Shown one piece after another: positions 1 through 10,869 of a stretch of DNA of 64,000 nt. The stretch is taken from contig CAXXWQ010000004.1 in assembly GCA_963674945.2 (NCBI GenBank), positions 2,336,001 to 2,400,000 on the forward strand, given 5' to 3'. Within the stretch, counting starts at the first letter, position 1, and every line of letters starts with the position of its first letter. The stretch is from an uncultured Desulfosarcina sp. GTDB lineage: Bacteria > Desulfobacterota > Desulfobacteria > Desulfobacterales > Desulfosarcinaceae. Both the position numbers and the translations under genes were made by a program. Below the pieces are notes generated by a model. That model did not search any database. It saw only the letters and a list, made by a program, of their open reading frames with translations, and was not told the DNA's origin.

Positions 1-3000
1 ACCTGCCCCACCATCTCTTCTATCGTCCGAAAGCCCAAGGTGGCCATGATCCGGCGCAGGTCCTCGGCGATGAACCGCATGAGCCGCACCAGATGCTCGG
101 GTTTTCCCGCAAACCGTTTCCTCAGTTCCGGATCCTGGGTGGCGATCCCCACCGGGCAGGTGTTTAGGTGGCACACCCGCATAATCACGCAGCCCAAGGC
201 AACCAGGCTGATGGTGCCGAAACCGAACTCTTCGGCACCCAGCAGGCAGGCCACGGCCACGTCGTGGGCCGTCTTTAGCTGGCCGTCGCACTCGAGCATC
301 ACCCGGTCCCGCAGCCCGTTTTGAATCAGGGTCTGCTGGGTTTCGGACAACCCCAGCTCCCAGGGAAGGCCGCCGTAACGAATGGAGGTGAGGGGGGCGG
401 CACCGGTACCGCCGGCCTCGCCGCTGATGAGGATGACATCGGCGCCGGCTTTGGCCACGCCGGCTGCCACGGTGCCCACGCCCACCTCGGAGACCAGCTT
501 GACGTTGATACGGGCCGCTGGATTGGCACACTTTAAGTCGTAGATGAGCTGGGCCAGATCCTCGATGGAGTAGATGTCGTGGTGGGGGGGAGGCGAAATC
601 AATCCCACGTAGGGGGTGCTGTGGCGGGTTTTGGCGATCCACGGATAGACCTTTTCCCCGGGAAGCTGTCCTCCCTCGCCCGGCTTGGCCCCCTGGGCCA
701 TCTTGATCTGCAGTTCCACGGCACTGGAGAGATAGGCCATGGTGACGCCGAAGCGGCCCGAAGCGATCTGTTTGATGGCGCTGTTGCGAAGATCGCCGTT
801 TGCGTCGGCAGCGAAGCGGTCCGCATCCTCTCCCCCCTCGCCGCTGTTGCTCTTGCCGCCCATGCGGTTCATGGCGATGGCCTGGGTCTCGTGGGCTTCC
901 TTGCTGATGGAACCGTAAGACATGGCACCGGTTTTAAACCGCTTGACGATCTCGGTCCACGGCGCCACCGCATCCAGGGCCAATGGCGTATCCGCCGGAA
1001 TCAGTTCGAAGCGCCCGCGGATCAATCCCCCTTCCCTGTTGAGGGATTGCACGGTTTGCGCATATTGTTCCCATGCTTTGCCGTCATCCTGGCGCACCGC
1101 CCGCTGCAGCAGGGCGATGGTGTCGGGATTGTACTGGTGGGACTCGCCGTCCCGCCGCCACTTGTACCGGCCCTCCATGGCCAGGATGGGGTCTTTGGCT
1201 TCGGCCGTTGCCTCGTTCGTAAGGGTGCAGCGCAGACCGATCTCCCGGGCGAGGATTGCCATGTCCGCACCGCCGATGCGCGAAACCGTTCCGGTGAACC
1301 ATCGATCGGTCACCGCGGTATCCAGCCCCACGCACTCGAAAATCTGGGCGCCTCGATAGCTCTGGAGGGTGGAGATGCCCATTTTGGACAGCACCTTCAA
1401 CAGCCCCTTGTTGATGGCGGCGATGTAGCGCTTTCGGGCCGTCTGCCGGTCCACACCCGCCACCCGTCCCGTTTCCACCAGTCGGTCGATGGTGACCATG
1501 GCCAGCCAGGGAACGATGGCGCCGGCACCGTATCCCAGAAGGCAGCAAAAGTGATGAATCTCCCTTGCTTCCCCCGTTTCGACGATGAGACCGCAGCGGG
1601 CGCGCAACCCCGCCCGGATCAGCCCGTGGTGGACGGCGGCGGTGGCCATGAGGGCCGGCACGGGGGCAAACCCGTCGGGGATGTCCCGATCGGAGAGGAC
1701 GAGGAGACGAACGCCTGCCTCCACCTGACGGACGGCATAGCGGCAAAGCGTTTCCAGCGCATCGGTCAATCCCTCGCCGCCGTCTGCCAGGGGCCAGCAC
1801 AGGGAGAGTTCGGCCGTTTTCAACGCCGCCTCGTCCGATTGACGGATGGCGTCCAGCTGCGCCGGCGTGAGAATGGGGTCTTCCAGAAAGAGCTGACGGC
1901 AGTGCAGCGGCGTCTCGACAAACAGGTTCTGTTCCGCGCCCAACGGGGTGGACAATGCCGTCACCAGTTTTTCGCGGATGGCGTCCAGTGGGGGATTGGT
2001 CACCTGGGCGAAAAGCTGGCGGAAATAGTCGTAGAGCAGACGGGGCCTTTCGGAAAGGACGGCCGGAGGGATGTCATCCCCCATGGAGCCGGTGGGTTCC
2101 ATGCCTTTCTCGGCCATGGGGGCGAGAATCAGCTTGAGGTCCTCGGCCGTGTAACCGAAGCGGTGCTGTGCGGCCACTACGGCCTCCGGGTCCGGGGAAG
2201 ACGATTTTTGAACCCGGGGCAAATCGGTCATGTGGATCCGGTTTTGGGCCAGCCATTGGCCGTAGGGCCTTCTCGCGGCCATGGTCTCCTTGATCTCGTC
2301 GTCGTGGACGATGCGGTGCTGGTCCAGATCCACCAGGAACATACGGCCCGGCTCCAGACGACCCTTGACAGCGACCTGGGCCGGATCCACCGGCAAAACA
2401 CCGGCTTCCGAAGCCATGATCACCCGCCCATCCTTCGTAACCGTGTAGCGGCAGGGACGAAGGCCGTTACGGTCCAGCACGGCGCCCACATGAACACCAT
2501 CGGTAAAGGCGATGGCCGCCGGACCGTCCCAGGGTTCCATGAGGCTTGCGTGAAAGGCATAAAAGTCCTTTTTGGCCTGACTCATGGTGTCGTGGTGCTG
2601 CCAGGCCTCGGGGATCAGCATCATCATGCACTGAGCCAGCGGCCGGCCGGTGTGAAGCAACAGTTCCAGGGCGTTGTCCAGGGCCGCCGAATCGCTTCCG
2701 CCGGATTCGATGACGGGAAACAGTTCCTGGATCTCTTTTGCGAAGGCATCGCTTTGAAACAGGGGCTGTCTGGCGCGCATCCAGTTGATGTTGCCCCGGA
2801 CCGTATTGATCTCTCCGTTGTGGCACAGATAGCGGAAGGGCTGGGCCAGATCCCAGGAGGGAAAGGTGTTGGTGCTGTACCGCTGGTGGACCAGGGCCAG
2901 TGCACTGACCAGATCCGGGTCACAAAGGTCCGGATAGAAGGAAGCGATCTGGTCCGCCAAAAGCATACCCTTGTATACCAGGGTCCGGGAGGAGAGGCTC

Positions 3001-3599
3001 ACCACATGGAAAATTCCGTCCTCCGGTGCCAATTCCAGGGCAACGCGGTTTTCCGCCGCCTTGCGAACCAGGTAGAGTCGCCTTTCCAAATCGGCTCGAT
3101 CCACAACGCCGTCGCCGATTCCCACGAACACCATGCGGATGGTCGGCATCAACCGCCTGGCAAGATCACCGGCGGCATCGGGATCCGTGGGAACCGGCCG
3201 CCACCCCAGGATGGAGAGCCCCTTTTCCCGCACCGTCCGGGCCAACGTCGCCATGGCGTCCTCACAAGCCGTTTCCTGCCGGGGAAGAAAAACAATTCCG
3301 GCCGCGTAGGCATCCTCGGGAGGAAGCCCGATACCCGCTTCAAGGGCGGCCTTTTCCAGAAAATGGTGGGGTTTCTGGATAAGAATCCCGGCGCCGTCAC
3401 CGGTGGTTTCATCGCATCCACATGCACCCCGATGGGTCAGATTGACCAGAATCTGCAGGGCGTCCTCCACCAGGTCGTGACGCTTCCGGTCATGGATATC
3501 GCAAACCATGCCGATGCCGCAGGCATCGTGCTCGAATTGCGGATGGTATAAGCCGTTTTGAACGGGCCGTCGGAATTCCGGGAAAGGGCACGAGTTCAT
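1..3599 (-). CDS. gltB: Glutamate synthase large subunit (5' ~1200 codons; runs off the left edge)
   Basis: Missing from the ORF track because there is no stop in the window. Manual translation from ATG 3599 gives MNSCPF...[17 protein letters not shown] (GltB pro-peptide and catalytic Cys). Later motifs include [32 protein letters not shown] and [29 protein letters not shown] upstream. Confidence 0.97.
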   Translation of the reverse strand, partial: MNSCPFPEFRRPVQNGLYHPQFEHDACGIGMVCDIHDRKRHDLVEDALQILVNLTHRGACGCDETTGDGAGILIQKPHHFLEKAALEAGIGLPPEDAYAAGIVFLPRQETACEDAMATLARTVREKGLSILGWRPVPTDPDAAGDLARRLMPTIRMVFVGIGDGVVDRADLERRLYLVRKAAENRVALELAPEDGIFHVVSLSSRTLVYKGMLLADQIASFYPDLCDPDLVSALALVHQRYSTNTFPSWDLAQPFRYLCHNGEINTVRGNINWMRARQPLFQSDAFAKEIQELFPVIESGGSDSAALDNALELLLHTGRPLAQCMMMLIPEAWQHHDTMSQAKKDFYAFHASLMEPWDGPAAIAFTDGVHVGAVLDRNGLRPCRYTVTKDGRVIMASEAGVLPVDPAQVAVKGRLEPGRMFLVDLDQHRIVHDDEIKETMAARRPYGQWLAQNRIHMTDLPRVQKSSSPDPEAVVAAQHRFGYTAEDLKLILAPMAEKGMEPTGSMGDDIPPAVLSERPRLLYDYFRQLFAQVTNPPLDAIREKLVTALSTPLGAEQNLFVETPLHCRQLFLEDPILTPAQLDAIRQSDEAALKTAELSLCWPLADGGEGLTDALETLCRYAVRQVEAGVRLLVLSDRDIPDGFAPVPALMATAAVHHGLIRAGLRARCGLIVETGEAREIHHFCCLLGYGAGAIVPWLAMVTIDRLVETGRVAGVDRQTARKRYIAAINKGLLKVLSKMGISTLQSYRGAQIFECVGLDTAVTDRWFTGTVSRIGGADMAILAREIGLRCTLTNEATAEAKDPILAMEGRYKWRRDGESHQYNPDTIALLQRAVRQDDGKAWEQYAQTVQSLNREGGLIRGRFELIPADTPLALDAVAPWTEIVKRFKTGAMSYGSISKEAHETQAIAMNRMGGKSNSGEGGEDADRFAADANGDLRNSAIKQIASGRFGVTMAYLSSAVELQIKMAQGAKPGEGGQLPGEKVYPWIAKTRHSTPYVGLISPPPHHDIYSIEDLAQLIYDLKCANPAARINVKLVSEVGVGTVAAGVAKAGADVILISGEAGGTGAAPLTSIRYGGLPWELGLSETQQTLIQNGLRDRVMLECDGQLKTAHDVAVACLLGAEEFGFGTISLVALGCVIMRVCHLNTCPVGIATQDPELRKRFAGKPEHLVRLMRFIAEDLRRIMATLGFRTIEEMVGQ

Positions 3600-4233
3600 A
3601 CAGACCCCCTCTCTTCTTTTATGATTCGGCAACGCCCGCACAGCGCGTGGCGTGAATTTTCCCACCGGGCGGAAAAAAACAAAACCATGTCACTGTTTCA
3701 ATCGTTGCGGTTCCAAATGGATGTATCGACAACGGTTTGAAAACAACCAATCACATACAAATGCAGAAGCTACTTGAGAAAACTGCCGACGCAGCGGAAA
3801 CGCACAGCATTGGATTGCCTGATAAGGCAATACACGGTGAGAATACTTGTGCAAAGCATATACCGTTATGGTCCGATGCACCTCACGGCAAGTACAAAAC
3901 AGGTTGTCGCGAAGATCAATACATCCGAATGTTCCATGAATTCAACGAAATTCTTATCCATCGGATGCGTTTCCGGCAAAGAATTCCACATGGTGCGGGA
4001 ACATTATCCTTCGAGACAAACGACAAAAACGTAATTAATCCGGCCAACGGCCTACTTTTATGTATTTTTTAACCAATTTTTCCTATCGATGGTCTAAAAT
4101 CGAGCCTGCCCCCATGCGGTCGGTCGTTGACGCACACCGGCCTTCACATTGCCTCCTGGATTCGGTACGAGACCTGCATTATAGTGTAGACGATTCTACG
4201 ATTCCGTAATCATCGAAAGGCCCGCGACGCCCC

Positions 4234-6486
4234 ATGCATGAAAAACGACAAGATCTGCTGAACATGCTGTGCGACCTGAGTGATCTGTCCTCTTTGATCA
4301 CCGATAGCGAGAACATCGAAAACTTTCTCCAGCGCACTGCAGACCTGGTATCCAGGCACCTGGGCACGCCCGTCTGCTCCATCTACCTGTATGACGAAAC
4401 CGAAAAGGAACTGGTTCTGAAAGCCACGGTGGGACTGAACCGCCGGGCGATCAATCGGGTGCGCATGAAAATGGGGGAGGGATTGGTGGGTACGGTCATG
4501 GCCACCGGCAAACCGGTGCGCGAAGGATACGCCAGCAAGAATCCCCTGTTTCGCTATTTTCCGGAGACCGACGAACTTCGCTACGAATCCTTCTTGGCCG
4601 TACCCATTCAAAAAGGGTCCGTAAAAATTGGCGTGCTGGTGGTGCAGCACACCCGTCCCGATTACTTCGAAACCACCCATGTAACAGCCTTGAAGGCCAC
4701 GGGCGGGCAATTGGCGGCCGTTTTGGAAAATGCCCGGCTGCTCATGGATCTGCAGCGAATGTGCAGCATACCGCCGCGACCGGAAAAACCGCTGGGCTTC
4801 ATCAAGGGCCAGAAGGCCTCCGGCGGATACGCCCATGGACAGGCCCTGATCTGGGGAAAGAGTCACGTTCAGTTGGTTGCCGGCCCCCATGAACGCGAGG
4901 GTGGCAACATGGATGACTTCAGAAGTGCCGTCAACAAAACCGCAGTGCAGTTGAACGCGCTGCAGCAACGATGTGCGGAAAGGCTGCCCGAGAGCGCCTC
5001 GTTGATCTTCGCCGCCCATTTCATGATGCTCAAGGACCCCAAGTTTGTGGACCGCATGGCGGAAAAAATCCAGGAGGGAATGCCGGCCACAGGGGCCGTT
5101 CGGGAAGTGGCCGAACACTACATTCATCTGTTTTCGGACAGTCCCCATCCCTACATTCAGGAAAAGGTTTCCGATATCGAGGACCTGGCCGGCCGGTTGA
5201 TGAGCAACCTGGTGCCGCCATCGCGAAAAGATAACGGCAGCAGCGGCGGTCGGGTGGTAATCGCCAAGGAACTCTATCCTTCTGAGCTGCTCAAGCTGGC
5301 AGCCGAATCGGTGGCGGCGGTCGTGTTGACCAACGGGGGGGTGACCTCCCACATGACGATCATCGCGCGATCCCTGAAAATTCCCGTTGTAGTGGCCCAG
5401 GTCCCGGAACTGTTGCATCTGCCCGACGGCACCCCCATCCTGGTGGACGGCGAAGTGGGAAACGTCTATGTTGATCCCTCACGGCAAATCATCGATCGGT
5501 TTACAGCCAGCACCCGGGCCCGGGAAAAGGTGGCCCGGCAAACAACACCCATGGAAGCCGGAAGGGTTCACACCCTGGACGGTACCCGGGTCGATCTCAT
5601 GGCCAACATCAACCTTCTGGCGGAACTGCCCCTTGCACGTAAAATGGGGGCGGCGGGCATCGGATTGTACCGAACCGAGTTTCCCTTTCTCATCCGCCCC
5701 TCTTTTCCCTCGGAGACGGAACAATTTTTGGTCTATCGCCAGGTGGTGGAATCCATGGCCGATGATCCGGTGATTTTCCGGACCCTGGACATCGGCGGCG
5801 AGAAGGCCTTGATGTACACGAACACACCGGCGGAAGCCAACCCGGAGCTGGGGCTGCGCTCCATTCGTTTCACCCTGGCATACCGGGAAATCTTCGAACA
5901 GCAGATTCGCGCCATTCTCCGCGCCGCCGCCGGCCATGGCAACATCGGCATCATGTTCCCTTTGATCTCCTCCGTGGATGATTTCATTCAGGCGCGTCAG
6001 GTGGTAAGCGATTGTCTCGGGCAACTGGCGGCAGAGGGCGTGGTCCATCATACCGCACCGGCCATCGGGATGATGATCGAACTGCCGTCGGTAGTGGAGA
6101 CCATGGCAGAGTTTGCCGCCGAAGCGGATTTCTTCTCCATCGGCACCAACGATTTCGTCCAGTACATGCTCGCCGTGGACCGGGCGAACAAGCAGGTTGC
6201 CGACTACTACCGCCCGGAGCACCCATCGGTGCTGCGGGCGTTGGCACGGGTGGTACGCATCGCCGACGAACACGAAAAACCCATCTCCGTCTGCGGAGAG
6301 ATGGGCCACGATATCACCATGATCCCCTTTTTGCTGGGCATCGGTATCCGGCGGTTGAGTATCGATCCCCAGTTCATGCCCGCCGTCAACGGGAGAATCA
6401 AAAGCCTTACGATTGAACATTGCCGGGAAAACGCGCGACGGCTTCTGGCTGCGGGGAGCATTCGGGCGGTTCGACAATTGCTTTAG
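4234..6486 (+). CDS. ptsP: PEP-protein phosphotransferase with N-terminal GAF domain (enzyme I-Ntr)
   Basis: 750 aa. GAF-like N-terminus (CSIYLYD...LVLKATVGL...GEGLVG), phospho-His GGVTSH, GIGLYRTEF, FRTLDIGGEK, FSIGTNDF, CGEMG. Confidence 0.95.
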   Translation: MHEKRQDLLNMLCDLSDLSSLITDSENIENFLQRTADLVSRHLGTPVCSIYLYDETEKELVLKATVGLNRRAINRVRMKMGEGLVGTVMATGKPVREGYASKNPLFRYFPETDELRYESFLAVPIQKGSVKIGVLVVQHTRPDYFETTHVTALKATGGQLAAVLENARLLMDLQRMCSIPPRPEKPLGFIKGQKASGGYAHGQALIWGKSHVQLVAGPHEREGGNMDDFRSAVNKTAVQLNALQQRCAERLPESASLIFAAHFMMLKDPKFVDRMAEKIQEGMPATGAVREVAEHYIHLFSDSPHPYIQEKVSDIEDLAGRLMSNLVPPSRKDNGSSGGRVVIAKELYPSELLKLAAESVAAVVLTNGGVTSHMTIIARSLKIPVVVAQVPELLHLPDGTPILVDGEVGNVYVDPSRQIIDRFTASTRAREKVARQTTPMEAGRVHTLDGTRVDLMANINLLAELPLARKMGAAGIGLYRTEFPFLIRPSFPSETEQFLVYRQVVESMADDPVIFRTLDIGGEKALMYTNTPAEANPELGLRSIRFTLAYREIFEQQIRAILRAAAGHGNIGIMFPLISSVDDFIQARQVVSDCLGQLAAEGVVHHTAPAIGMMIELPSVVETMAEFAAEADFFSIGTNDFVQYMLAVDRANKQVADYYRPEHPSVLRALARVVRIADEHEKPISVCGEMGHDITMIPFLLGIGIRRLSIDPQFMPAVNGRIKSLTIEHCRENARRLLAAGSIRAVRQLL

Positions 6487-6584
6487 CGCCATCCAGTTCA
6501 CAATTGATTCAATGGGACCATTGATATAATATTCGAACCCTCGAAAGAACGATCCACAATCGATCCAGAACCGTTCCATCGTCA

Positions 6585-9038
6585 ATGAAAATCTTTCCGG
6601 AGCAAGGATCCATGCACCGAAATACATATGCAGCCAATATTCTGGCCATTTTCTGCACAACGGCGCTCTTGTCTTTTTTCGCATGGGTCGGACCGGCACA
6701 CTGCCAGGAAGAACCGTCGGCGTCGCAGGAACCTGCCCCCTCGACGTCGCCCAACCTGACCGATATCGTGGAAAAGGCCGGTACCCTGGAACAACGGCTT
6801 TCCCAGCTGAAAAGCAGAACCGGTTCCACCATTGGCACGGAAAAGCTGGAGTTGCGGATCCAGAGAGCCGAATCGGCCTACGGACAGCTTTCCAAAAGAT
6901 TCTCATCGATACAGGGAAATGACCTTCAGGGTTACCAGCAGTTGGGGTACATAAAAGGAGAAGCCCGAACAGAAATCGAAGCCATGGACCGGGTTGGGGA
7001 AATCCTGGCCGAGTCCATGGAAAACCTGGAAACCCAACGCCGCTTGTGGCTGATGGAAAAACAACAGTGGGACCAGTGGCAAAAACAGATTGCCGCAGAA
7101 GGGACGATTTCCAGTGTCGCCGATGCGCTATCCCGAGCCCAGAAGAGCATCGAGGAGGCGTTGGCCATCGTCTCCCGAAAACTCGACCCCCTGCTGACCG
7201 TTCAGCAAAAAGCCGGCGACATCAAAACACGACTGCGCAACCTCACCTATGAGATCGATGACATGCTGGCCCGGCAGCGAGGCGATACCTTCAGCGGCGG
7301 CATGCCGACCATGTTTTCCCATGCCTATTGGCAGCAGTTGATGGACCTGGTTCGTAAGCCGTCCGGACTCATCGGCAAACTGCCAACCCCGAACCCGATC
7401 TATCTTGCCGAGAACGGGTGGGTGATCGGGCTGCAAGTGGTGGCCTTTTTCCTGATTTTCTCCTTGATCCGGCACAATCGTTCAAAACTCCTCGCGATCT
7501 CGCAATGCCGGTCACTCGGCCGGCGACCCGTATCTCTTTCGCTATTCGTGGCGATCTTCACCCTCACATTTCTTCATGGATCCCCGCCGACCCTGTGGCG
7601 GATGTTCATCCAATCCATTGCCAGTGTGGCCATGGTCAGACTCGTGACCCTTTTCGTATCGGAAGCCTGGGTGAAACGTGCCATCGCCATTTTGGTCCTG
7701 GTGATGATCACCTTCCAGATCGTCCTCATACTCGAGATGCCTCTTGCCTTTATCCGCCTGCTTCTGTTGATCTGGTCTGCGGCGGGCATGATCTATTTTG
7801 GATGGCAGGCACACAAGGTGACGGCAGCGATCAGGCCGGCTTACTGGATATGGTTGTTGCGGATCATCGCGGTGGTCTTTGCCGCCGTTGTCGCCGCCGA
7901 CATTTTCGGATACAGCGTCTTTGCGATCCAGCTTACCGAAGCCGCCATCCGGACCTCGATCCTGTTGCTCATGGCCTGGGTCATGATACGCCTGGTGCGG
8001 ACAACGTTTGCGCTGGCCGTCCAATTCCTTCCCAGGGAGAAGGCGCCCTTCCTTCATCGGAATGCCGACGCCATTGTGAAACGGGCCGACTTTTTCATCA
8101 CGATCCTGATCGTCATTCTCGTGACCGGCCATCTGCTGGTGGCATGGAAAATTTACGTGATCCCCATCGAGGCATTGCAGGCCATGTTCTCTTTCGGAAT
8201 CAGTCTCGGGAAGCATCGGATTACCGTCGGCCTGTTGATCATCGCCGGTCTGATTCTGTACGGCGCGTTTCTTCTTTCCTGGAGTGTTCAGGCGCTCCTT
8301 GCGGAAAATGTGCTGCTTCGGCGCCAGATGGATCCGGGAACACAGGTCTCCATTTCCCGCCTGATCCACTATGCCCTGGTGCTGATGGGATTTTTCATGG
8401 CCCTTTCCGCCCTGGGATTCGAACTGAAGAACATCACCATCATCGGTGGCGCCCTGGGCGTGGGCATCGGGTTCGGCATGCAAGCCATCGTGAACAATTT
8501 CGTCTCCGGCCTGATTCTTCTGTTCGAGCGCCCCATCAAGGTCGGCGATGTGATCCAGCTGAGCGACGGTCAACAGGGACGCGTCACAGACCTGGGCCTG
8601 CGGGCCACCACGATTCAAACCTTCGATCGCTCCGAAGTCGTGGTACCCAACGGCGATCTCATCGCAAACCAGGTGACCAATTGGACCTTGCAGGACCGCA
8701 TCATGCGGCTGATCGTCCCCGTGGGGGTGGCTTACGGCTCCGATGTGGAAAAAGTGATGCGGATATTGTCCGAGGTGGCCGCAGACAACGACAAGGTGCT
8801 CAAGGATCCTGCACCCATGGCCCTGTTTCTCAATTTCGGGGACAGCTCTCTCGATTTCCAGCTGCGGGTGTGGATCGGCGATTTTCTTAACAGACGAATC
8901 ATCCAGAGCACCCTGAACCGGGAGATCGATCGGCGGTTTCGGGCCGAAGGCATCGAAATTCCCTTTCCCCAGCGGGATCTGCACCTTCGCAGCGTGGATG
9001 AAACGGCCGCGAACCAGTTGAACAACCCCAAAAAATGA
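6585..9038 (+). CDS. Large MscS-family mechanosensitive channel
   Basis: 817 aa. Signal peptide, periplasmic coiled coil, many TM helices, C-terminal MscS core (GALGVGIGFG, NFVSGLILLFERPIKVGD, IEIPFPQRDLHL). Confidence 0.93.
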   Translation: MKIFPEQGSMHRNTYAANILAIFCTTALLSFFAWVGPAHCQEEPSASQEPAPSTSPNLTDIVEKAGTLEQRLSQLKSRTGSTIGTEKLELRIQRAESAYGQLSKRFSSIQGNDLQGYQQLGYIKGEARTEIEAMDRVGEILAESMENLETQRRLWLMEKQQWDQWQKQIAAEGTISSVADALSRAQKSIEEALAIVSRKLDPLLTVQQKAGDIKTRLRNLTYEIDDMLARQRGDTFSGGMPTMFSHAYWQQLMDLVRKPSGLIGKLPTPNPIYLAENGWVIGLQVVAFFLIFSLIRHNRSKLLAISQCRSLGRRPVSLSLFVAIFTLTFLHGSPPTLWRMFIQSIASVAMVRLVTLFVSEAWVKRAIAILVLVMITFQIVLILEMPLAFIRLLLLIWSAAGMIYFGWQAHKVTAAIRPAYWIWLLRIIAVVFAAVVAADIFGYSVFAIQLTEAAIRTSILLLMAWVMIRLVRTTFALAVQFLPREKAPFLHRNADAIVKRADFFITILIVILVTGHLLVAWKIYVIPIEALQAMFSFGISLGKHRITVGLLIIAGLILYGAFLLSWSVQALLAENVLLRRQMDPGTQVSISRLIHYALVLMGFFMALSALGFELKNITIIGGALGVGIGFGMQAIVNNFVSGLILLFERPIKVGDVIQLSDGQQGRVTDLGLRATTIQTFDRSEVVVPNGDLIANQVTNWTLQDRIMRLIVPVGVAYGSDVEKVMRILSEVAADNDKVLKDPAPMALFLNFGDSSLDFQLRVWIGDFLNRRIIQSTLNREIDRRFRAEGIEIPFPQRDLHLRSVDETAANQLNNPKK

Positions 9039-9059
9039 ACTCGCAAAAAACAAGTTACG

Positions 9060-9186
9060 GACGGGTTCGTTAAAAAATTAGAGATCAGGGCTTGCGAGTC
9101 CCGAGGAATGAAGCGTATTTTATAAAATGCCGCAGTGACGAAGGATGAAGCGCAGCCGCCGATATCGGATTTCTTACGAAGCCGTC
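9060..9186. repeat. MITE-like miniature inverted-repeat element, copy A
   Basis: Ends GACGGGTTCGTTAAAAA and TTTCTTACGAAGCCGTC (14/17 complementary). Interior closely matches 33130-33253. Confidence 0.8.
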
Positions 9187-9201
9187 AAGGGGGATAATGA
9201 T

Positions 9202-10668
9202 ATGACGCAGATGAAACTCACCGACAAAGGATTGCTTCGGCAACAAGATTACATCGACGGCAAATGGTTCGACGCACGATCGAAAAAAACGATACCGGTG
9301 ACCAATCCCGTCGACGGCACGCAACTGGGCACGGTTCCCGCCATCGATGCCGAGGAGACCCGGAAAGCCATCGCGGCAGCCCATGCGGCCTTCGGCTCCT
9401 GGTGTCGGCGAACCGCAAAGGAACGATCCGAAATTTTACTGCAATGGTACCGCCAGATTCTTGACCACCAAGCGGATCTGGCAACGATCCTCACCAGCGA
9501 GCAGGGAAAACCCCTATCCGAAGCGACCGGGGAGATCGCCTACGGCGCCGCCTTTATCCAATGGTTCGCCGAAGAGGCAAAAAGGGTGTATGGCGACACC
9601 ATACCCGCGGCCTCCCCGGACCAGCGGATTCTCGTGATCCGACAGCCGGTGGGCGTATGCGGCGCCATCACCCCCTGGAACTTTCCGGCTGCCATGATCA
9701 CCCGCAAGGCGGCACCGGCGCTGGCCGCCGGATGCACCATGGTGGTCAAACCGGCCAGCCAGACCCCCCTGACAGCCCTGGCCCTGGCCGAACTGGCGGA
9801 TCGCGCCGGGGTACCCGGAGGCGTATTCAACGTCATCACCGGATCCTCCTCTGAAATCGGCACGCAACTCACCGCCAGCCCCATTGTGAAAAAACTCAGT
9901 TTCACCGGTTCCACCGAGGTGGGGAGAACGCTCATGGCACAGTGTGCACAGACCGTCAAGAAGGTCTCCCTGGAGCTCGGGGGAAACGCTCCCTTCATCG
10001 TTTTCGACGACGCGGACCTTTCCCGGGCGGTGGAGGGAGCCATGATCTCCAAATACCGCAACTCGGGCCAGACCTGTGTCTGTGCCAATCGAATCTTCGT
10101 GCAGGAAGGCGTCTATGAAGACTTCAGCCGTCAGCTGGTGACCGCCGTGGAAGGACTCAAGGTGGGAAGTGGATTCTTGCCCGACGTGCAGCAGGGCCCG
10201 CTCATCGACCGGGCCGCCCTGGATAAGGTGTCCCACCACATCGAGGATGCCATTTCAAAGGGCGCCAAACTGCTTACCGGCGGAAGGCCGCACAGCCTGG
10301 GCGGGACCTTTTTTCAGCCGACCGTGCTGGCCGATGTGAAACCGGAAATGACCGTGGCTGTGGACGAAACCTTCGGTCCCGTGGCGCCTCTGATTCGGTT
10401 CTCGGCGGAAGAGGACGTGATCCAAATGGCCAATGACACGCCCTACGGCCTCGCCGCTTACTTTTATGCCCGGGACATGGGCCGAATCTTCCGGGTTGCC
10501 GAGGCATTGGAATATGGTATGGTGGGCATCAATACCGGCCTGATTTCCACCGAGGTGGCGCCTTTTGGCGGTGTGAAGCAATCGGGGATCGGCAGGGAGG
10601 GCTCCCGTTACGGTATGGATGAGTATCTGGAGTTAAAGTACCTGTGCCTTTCCGGCATAAAGGAATGA
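9202..10668 (+). CDS. gabD: NAD(P)-dependent succinate-semialdehyde dehydrogenase
   Basis: ITPWNFPAAMITRK, SFTGST, LELGGNAP, catalytic GQTCVC, ETFGPVAP. Start placed at ATG 9202 (AAGGGGG RBS) because the longer ORF start lies inside the repeat. Confidence 0.95.
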   Translation: MTQMKLTDKGLLRQQDYIDGKWFDARSKKTIPVTNPVDGTQLGTVPAIDAEETRKAIAAAHAAFGSWCRRTAKERSEILLQWYRQILDHQADLATILTSEQGKPLSEATGEIAYGAAFIQWFAEEAKRVYGDTIPAASPDQRILVIRQPVGVCGAITPWNFPAAMITRKAAPALAAGCTMVVKPASQTPLTALALAELADRAGVPGGVFNVITGSSSEIGTQLTASPIVKKLSFTGSTEVGRTLMAQCAQTVKKVSLELGGNAPFIVFDDADLSRAVEGAMISKYRNSGQTCVCANRIFVQEGVYEDFSRQLVTAVEGLKVGSGFLPDVQQGPLIDRAALDKVSHHIEDAISKGAKLLTGGRPHSLGGTFFQPTVLADVKPEMTVAVDETFGPVAPLIRFSAEEDVIQMANDTPYGLAAYFYARDMGRIFRVAEALEYGMVGINTGLISTEVAPFGGVKQSGIGREGSRYGMDEYLELKYLCLSGIKE

Positions 10669-10850
10669 CAACTTCGTAAAAAGCTTTTCCAGTCCACACA
10701 TGGCCAAACAATCGCATGCAAGAAACTCGTTATTATTTACTTCGCAGACAGATGGAGAAGAGGAAAAAGCTTTTTATAAAAAAGTCCTTTTTACTTGGAA
10801 TAATGAACGAGTTCCTTAGAAGTCCGAATCCGACGTTTTACGAGTTTATC
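10667..10850. repeat. Degenerate copies or remnants of the MITE-like family
   Basis: GACAACTTCGTAAAAAGCTTTTCC (10667) pairs imperfectly with GGAAAAAGCTTTTTATAAAAAAGTC (~10762-10786). A collapsed arm pair follows, ending GACGTTTTACGAGTTTATC at 10850. Confidence 0.5.
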
Positions 10851-10869
10851 GAAAAATAAAGGAATAAAA

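Noticed and set aside
579..3551. 990-aa plus-strand ORF
   Set aside because: Antisense shadow of gltB in GC-rich DNA, with no recognisable motifs.
3558..4072. Short ORFs in the gltB-ptsP intergenic region
   Set aside because: No RBS or motif support; more likely regulatory DNA.
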